Source: an archaeon (GTDB taxonomy: Archaea > Iainarchaeota > Iainarchaeia > Iainarchaeales > JAAZKV01). From it: DNA of 64,000 nucleotides. The notes beneath the pieces were generated by a model. The model was not told the DNA's origin. It did not search any database and saw only the letters and a program-made list of their open reading frames with translations. The stretch lies in the NCBI GenBank assembly GCA_041653195.1, contig JBAZFU010000001.1, positions 70,545 to 134,544 on the forward strand, given 5' to 3'. The position numbers and the translations under genes were made by a program. Below are positions 30,978 to 38,470 of the stretch, one piece after another. Every line of letters starts with the position of its first letter. The stretch's first letter is position 1.

Positions 30978-32342
30978 ATGAAACCGCTATACGAAAAAAT
31001 ACTCAAAAAAATTACTCCTGCAAAAAAGGAACTCGAAAAAGAAAAGCTACTTGTAGAAAAAATAAGAAAAAAAATTGAAAATATTGATGGAAAACATTCT
31101 CACGTCGAATGGTGCGGAAGCAGCGCGCGCGGAACACACCTTCTCGGAGACAGGGATATTGATCTATTCGTGATGTTTGACCAAAAAATTTCAGATGCCG
31201 AACTTGAAAAAGAAGGACTGCGAATTGGAAAAGCGGTTTTCAGGGGAAAAAAATGGAAAAAGGCTTATTCCCAGCATCCGTACATACGCGGAGTGTTTGA
31301 AGGATTTGATGTAGAAGTAGTTCCAAGCTATATTGTCGAGCACGGCCATTTGAAAAAAAGCGCGGTGGACAGGACTCCTTTCCACAACAGGTATTTGCTC
31401 AAAAGATTAAATGAAAAAAATCAGAAAGAAGTGAGATTGCTAAAACAATTCATGAAAGGAATTGGCGCGTACGGCGCGGACCTAAAAAACAATGCTTTGC
31501 CAGGATATGGAATCGAACTGCTCGTAATAACTTACGGGGCATTTGAAAATGCGCTAAAACAAATTTCGAACTGGCAACCGGGAAAAATAATTTCATTCGG
31601 CGCGGACGAAAAAATCGCGAAAGAAAATTTCAAAGGAGCGCCGCTAATAATAGTAGACCCTGTGGATGAAAACAGAAATGTCGCATCTGCGCTTTCACTC
31701 GAACAATTTAATAGAATGATTCTTGCCGCAAAACTTTTCCTAAAAAAACCTTCAGAAAAATTCTTTTTCAGCGCGAAAACGAAAAAATGGGCAAAAGGAA
31801 AAATTGCAAAAATGCTCAAAAAAACTGAACTAATCGCGGTTAAAGGAAAATTTCCGACCACGATCCTTCCGGATCTTGTCTGGGGGCAATTGGCACGCTT
31901 CGAAAAAAAAATTTCAACACATTTTAAGGAAAACGATTTTTCAATTATGAGAAGCACACACTGGAGCGACGAAAAAAACGTTTTCTTTATTTTTGAACTT
32001 GAATCGCTTAGGCTTCAAAAAGCCAAAAAAATAATTGGCCCTTTCGCAAGCGACGCGGAAAATTCAAAAAAGTTTTTGGAAAAGAAAAGAAAAATACTTT
32101 CAGGGCCGCGCATTGAAAAGGGGCGGCTTGTGCTTGAAATCGAGCGGAGCGAAAACGAAATTCATGCTAAAAAAATTCTTGAAAAGTTTTTGAAAAAAAG
32201 CAAGTGCGAGGAAAAATCAGGAATAAGGATTTGCATTAAAAGCGCAAAAGTTTTGGCGGAAAAGGATTTGCTCCGCGAATACAAAGGAAAATTCGCAGAA
32301 TATTTGACGACTTATTTGAGCGGAAAAGAAGTTTTTGAATAA
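30978..32342 (+). CDS. cca: Archaeal class I CCA-adding enzyme
   Basis: GSSARGTHLLGDRDIDLF, SQHPYI, SAVDRTPFH, DPVDENRNVASA. Confidence 0.95.
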   Translation: MKPLYEKILKKITPAKKELEKEKLLVEKIRKKIENIDGKHSHVEWCGSSARGTHLLGDRDIDLFVMFDQKISDAELEKEGLRIGKAVFRGKKWKKAYSQHPYIRGVFEGFDVEVVPSYIVEHGHLKKSAVDRTPFHNRYLLKRLNEKNQKEVRLLKQFMKGIGAYGADLKNNALPGYGIELLVITYGAFENALKQISNWQPGKIISFGADEKIAKENFKGAPLIIVDPVDENRNVASALSLEQFNRMILAAKLFLKKPSEKFFFSAKTKKWAKGKIAKMLKKTELIAVKGKFPTTILPDLVWGQLARFEKKISTHFKENDFSIMRSTHWSDEKNVFFIFELESLRLQKAKKIIGPFASDAENSKKFLEKKRKILSGPRIEKGRLVLEIERSENEIHAKKILEKFLKKSKCEEKSGIRICIKSAKVLAEKDLLREYKGKFAEYLTTYLSGKEVFE

Positions 32343-32378
32343 AATTCATCTTGTTTGCCAAATAAAAAAAGCAGCTAA

Positions 32379-32672
32379 TTATGATAAGGTGCCAACAACA
32401 AAGAGTATAATTGCGAGAACAAATATGATTCCAATCACTATAAAGAAATACACGGATTTTTCGTATCCTGTTTGCTTTGCTTTTTCGATAATATTGCATA
32501 AAAATATTGCATAAATCACTCCTATAATTATAAGGAAAAAAACTGTATAACCCAAAACCCCAAGCCAAACCTGTCCATCTGAATTAATTGGCAGATAACG
32601 AACAGCAAGTGAACCACAAAAACCGGCTACTGAAAAAAGTGCAGCCAATGCAATAGAAGTGCTATCAACCAT
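32379..32672 (-). CDS. Small 3-TM membrane protein
   Basis: Hydrophobic 97 aa ORF at the edge of the AT-rich accessory region. Confidence 0.6.
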   Translation of the reverse strand: MVDSTSIALAALFSVAGFCGSLAVRYLPINSDGQVWLGVLGYTVFFLIIIGVIYAIFLCNIIEKAKQTGYEKSVYFFIVIGIIFVLAIILFVVGTLS

Positions 32673-32789
32673 GAATTAATAACTTCTTTTCTGTTTATAT
32701 ATTTTGGTTATTAGGTTCCTATCTAAATAACAGTTGATTTTATGCTGTAAAAAACATAGATTTTTAACAAGTTTAAATGGCTTATTTTT

Positions 32790-33059
32790 ATGGAATTACT
32801 AAAAATTAGTTTTATTGTTTTACTGATTTTTGTGCTTTTTTCTCTTTTTGGTTGCACAGCATTAAATCAATTAAACCCAAACCTTGAGAAAAAAGAAACT
32901 GATATTCCTACAACAAGCATTAAAAACATAGGAAAGACGTTGGGTTCAGATATTTCTGACGCTGAAGCGGTTATGAGTTGCATTGATATTTGCAAACCTA
33001 ACGCAGTAGACAGCGCCGACTATTCGGGTAAAACAATTGCCTGTTGGTGCGAGAAATAG
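32790..33059 (+). CDS. Putative lipoprotein
   Basis: Hydrophobic signal plus LFGC lipobox-like motif; C-terminal CxxxC...CxC. Confidence 0.65.
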   Translation: MELLKISFIVLLIFVLFSLFGCTALNQLNPNLEKKETDIPTTSIKNIGKTLGSDISDAEAVMSCIDICKPNAVDSADYSGKTIACWCEK

Positions 33060-33171
33060 CTTTTTCAACCATCTTTTGACAAAAAATGATAAGTCAATAA
33101 AATCAACCACAAGTGCCAAAATCTGCAAGAAGCCCCAAACAACCGATTATATGCCAAAGCCCATTATCAAA

Positions 33172-33196
33172 CGGGCTCTGGGGGAATCGAACCCCC
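33172..33196 (-). pseudogene. Orphan tRNA 3' fragment (T-arm and acceptor strand)
   Basis: Minus strand GGGGG-TTCGATT-CCCCC-AGAGCCC-G, 13 nt downstream of tRNA-Ala; no matching 5' half seen nearby. Confidence 0.75.
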
Positions 33197-33209
33197 TGCT
33201 ATTTTTTAA

Positions 33210-33282
33210 TGGACCGTGGGGGATTCGCACCCCCGACCACGCCGTTGCGAACGGCGGATCATAACTGCTAGACCAACGGCCC
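33210..33282 (-). tRNA. tRNA-Ala(CGC)
   Basis: GGGCCGT...CGCCG TT CGC AA CGGCG...GGGGG TGCGAAT CCCCC ACGGTCC A; G3:U70 Ala identity pair. Confidence 0.92.
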
Positions 33283-34362
33283 TGGCAATATCTTACCTGT
33301 TTCGCAGAACTCTTTATATTTGTTTAGAATTCTTGGGTTGCTACTGCCAATTAGTTCAAACCACTTGTGTGTGTTTTCTATGCCTCTAACACTTACACTT
33401 TCCGCATGAACAAATGCCTTAATTCCCTGTTTCAAAAGTATTTCTTTTATTTGATTTCGCAAAACTGGGCTGTAAGAACAAATTGTCACATAAGGATACC
33501 TGAATCGCTCATCCTTTCTTGCATTCATGTGACCATCTGTATCAAGCAAACCTCTAATCACAAAATTCAAGTTCTCAGTTTTAAGGCTTAAAAAATTATT
33601 CGAGATTCCGAAATCTTTTGGCTTTCCATTTGTATGATAACCATTGCTTAAAAGCCATTCATAAAATAGCCTACTGCTGAATTGAAGACGCACTGAATTA
33701 TCTTTACGAAAAAATATTGCCGGCTTAATTGGGAAATACTTTCTAATTATCGCATCAAGATACTTAACGTATTCTACGTCTTTTTTTGCGTTCCCAACAA
33801 TTGCCCCGTGATAAACATATTGCCCAGAGCTTTTTGAAAAATATTTCCCACAATGGCCATCGCCCAGCATTGCCCCAAATAATTCACACAATTCTGGATT
33901 TGCAATATCGGGAAAACCGTCATAAGTTTCCCAAGTTATTTTCTTCTTACAAGACCTAACTTTTTTTAGGTGCTTTCTAAACCCGCTTTCCCCCAAACAC
34001 TTTTTCATAGTTCTTATTGAATTTGTTCCGCCTTTTTTGGCGCCCCAATTATTTGGCAAAAAATTTATCTGTTTTAAAAATTCAAATTTTTGTTCAGTAG
34101 GCAAATAATTCAATAACCCGAAGAAAACTCTCGAAGGAAAAGTTATTTCGCCTCGCCTTATTCTCTTGAGACCTGTATTTCCAATGTTGAATTCTTTAAG
34201 CCATTCATTCCAAGAAACATACTTCTGAGAAGCTTTCGCAAGAGCAAATAACTTTCTCGGATTTGGAATTCGGACTCTCCGGTCGCTTTTATCCTCTTCC
34301 ATTTCAGATTTTTGTTTTTCTTCGTTTTTAACCGCATCGGAGCTTTCATGCCAGTCATTCAT
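33268..34362 (-). CDS. Double-motif LAGLIDADG homing endonuclease with N-terminal HTH-like domain
   Basis: ELFGAMLGDG and FVIRGLLDTDG motifs; SD GGAGGGTGA before ATG 34362; TAG stop lies inside tRNA-Ala. Confidence 0.9.
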   Translation of the reverse strand: MNDWHESSDAVKNEEKQKSEMEEDKSDRRVRIPNPRKLFALAKASQKYVSWNEWLKEFNIGNTGLKRIRRGEITFPSRVFFGLLNYLPTEQKFEFLKQINFLPNNWGAKKGGTNSIRTMKKCLGESGFRKHLKKVRSCKKKITWETYDGFPDIANPELCELFGAMLGDGHCGKYFSKSSGQYVYHGAIVGNAKKDVEYVKYLDAIIRKYFPIKPAIFFRKDNSVRLQFSSRLFYEWLLSNGYHTNGKPKDFGISNNFLSLKTENLNFVIRGLLDTDGHMNARKDERFRYPYVTICSYSPVLRNQIKEILLKQGIKAFVHAESVSVRGIENTHKWFELIGSSNPRILNKYKEFCETGKILPGPLV

Positions 34363-34489
34363 CAAAATCACCCTCCGAAAAGTTTTCCAAAATCCAGAGT
34401 TCCCTTCCATCGAGTTCTACTGAATTTTCAGCCAGTTCTTTGACTGACTGAAATTCTTCCCGAGTGGGAAATTCAAATTCAAAATTCAT
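34355..34489 (-). CDS. Small acidic protein (44 aa) coupled to the LAGLIDADG gene
   Basis: MNFEFEFPTREEFQSVKELAENSVELDGRELWILENFSEGDFDE; GGAGG SD; stop overlaps the endonuclease start region. Confidence 0.55.
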   Translation of the reverse strand: MNFEFEFPTREEFQSVKELAENSVELDGRELWILENFSEGDFDE

Positions 34490-34493
34490 ACAA

Positions 34494-34642
34494 AAATCGC
34501 CTCCGTTAAAATTTTTTTTCTGGAGACTTTTGGAAGGCTTTTGAGGCATTAAACCCTTTAGCCGAAGGCGACCCGCTCAAAAGCGGGTAAAGGTTTAAGC
34601 CGAAAAAGCCGAAGTCGAAAGAAAAAAATTAGGAGGCGATTT
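34494..34642. promoter_or_regulatory. ~150 bp multi-stem inverted repeat that pairs the SD of the small ORF
   Basis: Nested arms AAATCGCCTCC/GGAGGCGATTT, AATTTTTTT(T)C/GAAAAAAATT, GACTT/AAGTC, GGCTTTT/AAAAGCC, TTAAACC(C)TTTA/TAAAGGTTTAA, capped by two small hairpins. Confidence 0.65.
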
Positions 34643-34683
34643 CAACGAGAATTTTGAACTCAAAAATTAGAAAAGTGGTGTGG

Positions 34684-35190
34684 TCAAAACTCCGCCTCAT
34701 CAATTTCAACATCGATAAGCTTTTCATTGTCATCGCCGAAAACAAATTTGCCCACAATCTTTTTCCCGCACAAAATCATTGGCAACCAGTGCTTATCGTC
34801 CTGCCACATTTTATCAAAAGGAATATTTTTCACATGCGTCCAAACGGGTTTCATTTCCTCGCTTTCCTTCGGCTCACCTTCCCAATCGCGCACCAAAAAA
34901 ACATGCACGACCTGATCCCAATGCCACTTTTTATCTTCTGGAATTGACGGAAAAATAAATGTCAGTTCGCCCATCCGTTCAATTGATTCAGGGTAAGTGT
35001 TCACGCCGGATTCTTCCCACAACTCGCGGATAATGGCTTCCTCAATCGTTTCACCAGGTTCGACCTTTCCGCCGAAACCGTTCAATTTTCCGCTCCCGAA
35101 GCCGCGCTTCTTCATTCCGAGAAGAACGAATTCCACCGGATCCTCTTTCACAAGAAAACAGAGAGTCGCCTGCTTCAATTTTTTTTCCAT
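34684..35190 (-). CDS. 8-oxo-dGTP diphosphatase (MTH1-like Nudix)
   Basis: LLGMKKRGFGSGKLNGFGGKVEPGE...RELWEESG, ESEEMKPVW, MWQDDKHWLP. Confidence 0.92.
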   Translation of the reverse strand: MEKKLKQATLCFLVKEDPVEFVLLGMKKRGFGSGKLNGFGGKVEPGETIEEAIIRELWEESGVNTYPESIERMGELTFIFPSIPEDKKWHWDQVVHVFLVRDWEGEPKESEEMKPVWTHVKNIPFDKMWQDDKHWLPMILCGKKIVGKFVFGDDNEKLIDVEIDEAEF

Positions 35191-35237
35191 ACTAATTTCA
35201 CAAGAAATACTGAAAACAAGCCTTTTTTAGATTTTGG

Positions 35238-35267
35238 TTTTCGCCGGCCTTTTGGAAAAAGGCCGAA
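35238..35267 (-). repeat. tRNA-associated hairpin repeat copy
   Basis: Minus strand TTCGGCCTTTTTCCAAAAGGCCGGCGAAAA directly after the tRNA-Gly 3' exon. Confidence 0.85.
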
Positions 35268-35302
35268 TGCAGCCGCCGGGATTTGAACCCGGGTCATAGC
35301 CT
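35268..35302 (-). pseudogene. Orphan 3' exon of an intron-containing tRNA-Gly (probably CCC)
   Basis: A GGCTA TGAC CCGGG TTCAAAT CCCGG CGGCTGC A, preceded by GGAATT, which matches the intron 3' ends GCAATT and GGAGTT of the two intact tRNA-Gly genes. Confidence 0.85.
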
Positions 35303-35320
35303 AATTCCATTTTTCGCTAA

Positions 35321-35378
35321 TTTTCGCCAACCTTTTCGAAAAAGGTTGTTCGCCGGCCTTTTTTTTAAAAAGGCCGAA
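35321..35378 (-). repeat. Two tandem hairpin repeat copies (residual intron)
   Basis: Minus strand TTCGGCCTTTTTAAAAAAAAGGCCGGCGAA followed by CAACCTTTTTCGAAAAGGTTGGCGAAAA. Confidence 0.85.
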
Positions 35379-35389
35379 TGCGACCGCTG
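35377..35389. repeat. 13-bp direct repeat, copy 1 (tRNA-Gly 3'-end-like)
   Basis: AATGCGACCGCTG, identical at 36406-36418; reverse complement resembles the tRNA-Gly(GCC) end CGGTCGCA. Confidence 0.75.
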
Positions 35390-35488
35390 TACAGCTACCA
35401 AAAAAGTTGTATCGCCCTCCACCTTTGTTAGACTTTTAACCTAACTTAAATGCTACAAAAGTAGCATGTAAAGAGATATAAAAATATA

Positions 35489-36091
35489 ATGCGCCATCAG
35501 AATCGTATGAAAAACAAAGTATTGCTAACAACCTTATTTTTGCTAGTGATTACTCTTTTAGGTTGCACAGAATTAAATCAACTTAACCAAAACACAGAAA
35601 GTGACAATAATAATACTGTTGAAATAAATTTGTTCGAAAAATATGAATCCAACAACCCATTCAAAGTGGATCAAGAATATTTATCTTATTGCGAGTCGCT
35701 TTCGACACCAGATAAACAATACGCTTGTAAAACCAATTCTGCCAAAGGCCCGCAATATTGTGAATTTACCAATGCCCAAAAAGAAAAAGAGAATTGTATT
35801 CTAAGTTCAATCAAAAATAGCAACTTTGTGCTTTTAGGAGACGAAAGATACACCAATTTTCACTATTATTGGTACTTAAAGTACCTTGAAGATGTTGAAG
35901 ATGTGCAGTCAAAACAGAAATTTTATCAAGAGTTTATGATTTGCGACTACATTGATAATAATGGCCAAAAAGACACCTGTTTAACTTGGCTTTTTAATAA
36001 AAATCAGGCTTTTGTTCCTTATGATGATGACCCAAACTTTATTGAAGCAAGACAGGTCTTTGTGGAAAATTATATAAAAAAAAATAATTGA
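35489..36091 (+). CDS. Putative lipoprotein, Cys-containing
   Basis: Hydrophobic signal plus LLGC; start may be ATG 35507. Confidence 0.7.
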   Translation: MRHQNRMKNKVLLTTLFLLVITLLGCTELNQLNQNTESDNNNTVEINLFEKYESNNPFKVDQEYLSYCESLSTPDKQYACKTNSAKGPQYCEFTNAQKEKENCILSSIKNSNFVLLGDERYTNFHYYWYLKYLEDVEDVQSKQKFYQEFMICDYIDNNGQKDTCLTWLFNKNQAFVPYDDDPNFIEARQVFVENYIKKNN

Positions 36092-36222
36092 TAATAACTA
36101 AAAATAACACTTAACTGAAATGAACATAAAAAATTTTTAATATGAAAAGAATATGGTTTCAAGGACATTTAGAATACAAAAAACCAATGAACGGAAAAAA
36201 AAACAGTTAAAGAGGCGATTCT

Positions 36223-36384
36223 ATGTTTTCAAATAAAAATGCAGGCATAACCTATATTGTTCTAGCATTTGTCCTTTTGAGTTTGCTTTTTTTGAACATC
36301 ATAAATGTTGATAGCATGACTGTGCTTGGAACAACTATGACTATCATTGGAATTGGAATTATGTTCTTGCTGCAAAAAAAGTAG
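36223..36384 (+). CDS. Small 2-TM protein (53 aa)
   Basis: Below the track cutoff: MFSNKNAGITYIVLAFVLLSLLFLNIINVDSMTVLGTTMTIIGIGIMFLLQKK, with GAGGCGA SD. Confidence 0.55.
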   Translation: MFSNKNAGITYIVLAFVLLSLLFLNIINVDSMTVLGTTMTIIGIGIMFLLQKK

Positions 36385-36405
36385 GGCAATACAACATTTT
36401 TCGTC

Positions 36406-36421
36406 AATGCGACCGCTGGGA
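36406..36421. repeat. 13-bp direct repeat, copy 2 (tRNA-Gly 3'-end remnant)
   Basis: Minus strand TCCCAGCGGTCGCA versus TCCCGGCGGTCGCA at the end of tRNA-Gly(GCC). Confidence 0.75.
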
Positions 36422-36546
36422 CTCTTTTACTTTTGGTTGCTGGTTTGTGGCTGGTTGTTTTTAGTGGAATGTATTCACACAGGTTCTACTTGGCTTACCT
36501 TGCCTTTCATTCAAATCAGCCCCTGATAAAACACAATTCTTGTGTT

Positions 36547-37329
36547 CTAAAAATCACGTATTTTTAATAATTCATCAACTTTTTTGAACCATTTAATATC
36601 TTCACTACTTAGTTTCATTTTTTTTGAGTCTTTTTTTAACCTATTAAGCATTTTATGAATATCTTCCTGAAAAGCAGATCTATCTTTTTCAGGATAGAAT
36701 TTGGCATACCTTATGCGCATTTCTACAGAATAAACAAATTTAAGCACTCCTGACCAATATGTGACCAAAGGTCTATCGCCATCCATGCTAATATCCATAG
36801 AACCTTTTCGCAGAGGAAGCTTAGTTCTTTCAATAATCCATTTATTCGCTTGAGCCAAAAGAAGCAAATCATAATCTAAATCAATCAAAGAATACAAATG
36901 AAGCTCTTTATCATTTTTTAAAGGAAAAAGAAAAATTCGCCACTTATCTTCCTCCGAATCTTTAAATACTCCATAACTGAAAGAATGAGTAAGTTTTCTG
37001 ATTATTTTCTTTTCATTTTTATCATACGCAACGAATGCGTTTAATCCAAGATATGGGTTAATATATCCAAGGAACCCCGAATTTTCTCCAATAATCATTT
37101 GGGTATTAATTAATACCGATACCACATCTTCTGCTATTTTTTGAACTTGTTCTTTGGCAGACTCTTTTGAATATAACACATTTAACGAAACATTAATCCA
37201 TTCAAAATTTAGGTCCGGGGCAACAATTTTTATGGCTTCTTCATTTTTTTCTAATTTTGGGTCATCCAAATTATTTGTTTTTTTGAAAAAATCAAATGCG
37301 CCCATTAAATCAACTCCTTTTTGTGCCAT
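36547..37329 (-). CDS. Hypothetical protein (cargo downstream of tRNA-Gly(CCC))
   Basis: 260 aa ORF; the likely start is ATG 37305 after a GGAG SD. No family recognised. Confidence 0.7.
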   Translation of the reverse strand: MAQKGVDLMGAFDFFKKTNNLDDPKLEKNEEAIKIVAPDLNFEWINVSLNVLYSKESAKEQVQKIAEDVVSVLINTQMIIGENSGFLGYINPYLGLNAFVAYDKNEKKIIRKLTHSFSYGVFKDSEEDKWRIFLFPLKNDKELHLYSLIDLDYDLLLLAQANKWIIERTKLPLRKGSMDISMDGDRPLVTYWSGVLKFVYSVEMRIRYAKFYPEKDRSAFQEDIHKMLNRLKKDSKKMKLSSEDIKWFKKVDELLKIRDF

Positions 37330-38374
37330 TATGCGGCTTACGGGAATTGAACCCGTTCATCCACCTTGGGAAGGTGGAATCATACCAGTAGACCAAAGCC
37401 GCTTTGAATGGTTCTTCAACTTGCAAGCCAGTTATTTCACTCCAAATACATTCCTTTAATGGAATTTCCCCCGTTTCAATGAAATACTTGTAGCGCATAA
37501 TATTTTTAGGGTTTGCACAACCCACCAACGTTAAGAACCGATGCACTTCCTCTTGCCTTTGAATTCTCACATTAACATCACTTTTTGAAGGAGCGAATCC
37601 AATTTGCCAGAGCATTTGATAAAGATTTGACCTTATTTGAGGAGAATCAGTTTGAAATTCTATTATTAATCTTTTATACTTTTTCTGTTTTTGATAAATT
37701 CCCCCATCTGTGTCCAAAAGCCCTCTCAACGCACCATAAATATATACGTCTTTTTCAAAAATCCATCGTGGAAGAGATACCTTATTTTTTATTTTATCTC
37801 CCAAAACAAGCGAGTTTTTGAGCAAAAATTTTACTAACTCTGTTGAGTTTACTTTCAATTGCATCGCGTTTGAATTTTTTAACCGAAATATCTTAGAGCT
37901 CAAACCAAAAAGCTGCTTAATCATATTTTGCAAATATTTGTAATGTTCAATTTCATAAAAATTGCCAGTTATTGTAAGTGTTTTCGAATCAATATGCCCA
38001 TCGCCCAGAATTACTCCGAAAAGCTCCGCTAATTTTTCACTTTTCTCAGGCACTTTAATATTCTTTTTATTTTTACCGCCACCCAATTCCTGCCCCCAGT
38101 TTTTGGCAAGGGTTTTTTCCACCCACTTTTTTCTAATCACAACCCAACTTTCAAAAGGGTGTTTTGCTAAAAGCCTTTTTGCATAGCTCAGCGGAATCGT
38201 AGTGCGTTCTTTTCTCCAATCTATTCTAATAGTGTGTTCTGACAAATTCAACTCTTTTGCTAAAGCAATCCATGTCAAGCCGCTTTTTTTCTTAATCTGT
38301 TCAATAAACTTTCTTTGCAATCCTTTCTTGAACTTGACTCGTTCTTCCCTGATTAGTTCGCCAACTTTCCTCAT
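37310..38374 (-). CDS. Double-motif LAGLIDADG homing endonuclease with N-terminal HTH-like domain
   Basis: ELFGVILGDG and ALRGLLDTDG motifs; TATAAAA ~25 nt before ATG 38374; ORF reads through tRNA-Gly(CCC). Confidence 0.9.
   Translation of the reverse strand: MRKVGELIREERVKFKKGLQRKFIEQIKKKSGLTWIALAKELNLSEHTIRIDWRKERTTIPLSYAKRLLAKHPFESWVVIRKKWVEKTLAKNWGQELGGGKNKKNIKVPEKSEKLAELFGVILGDGHIDSKTLTITGNFYEIEHYKYLQNMIKQLFGLSSKIFRLKNSNAMQLKVNSTELVKFLLKNSLVLGDKIKNKVSLPRWIFEKDVYIYGALRGLLDTDGGIYQKQKKYKRLIIEFQTDSPQIRSNLYQMLWQIGFAPSKSDVNVRIQRQEEVHRFLTLVGCANPKNIMRYKYFIETGEIPLKECIWSEITGLQVEEPFKAALVYWYDSTFPRWMNGFNSRKPHNGTKRS
37332..37402 (-). tRNA. tRNA-Gly(CCC), intronless
   Basis: GCGGCTT TG GTCT ACTGGT ATGAT T CCACC TT CCC AA GGTGG ATGA ACGGG TTCAATT CCCGT AAGCCGC A. 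Confidence 0.92.
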
Positions 38375-38470
38375 AAGAAAATATTTTTGTGCGAATTTTA
38401 TATTTGCTTCTGGACTGCCGTGCCGGTGACCGGCCAAATTTGTAAAATGATCACAAAAAGAGCAAATAAA

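Noticed and set aside
35238..35389. CRISPR array
   Set aside because: The repeats are imperfect, nearly abutting hairpins without regular unique spacers, and there are no cas genes in the window.
33268..38374. LAGLIDADG genes as inteins or as ORFs inside group I or BHB introns
   Set aside because: No flanking extein and no N-terminal Cys or C-terminal His-Asn splice motifs. The overlapped tRNAs are complete, no rRNA exons are present, and I saw no group I core.
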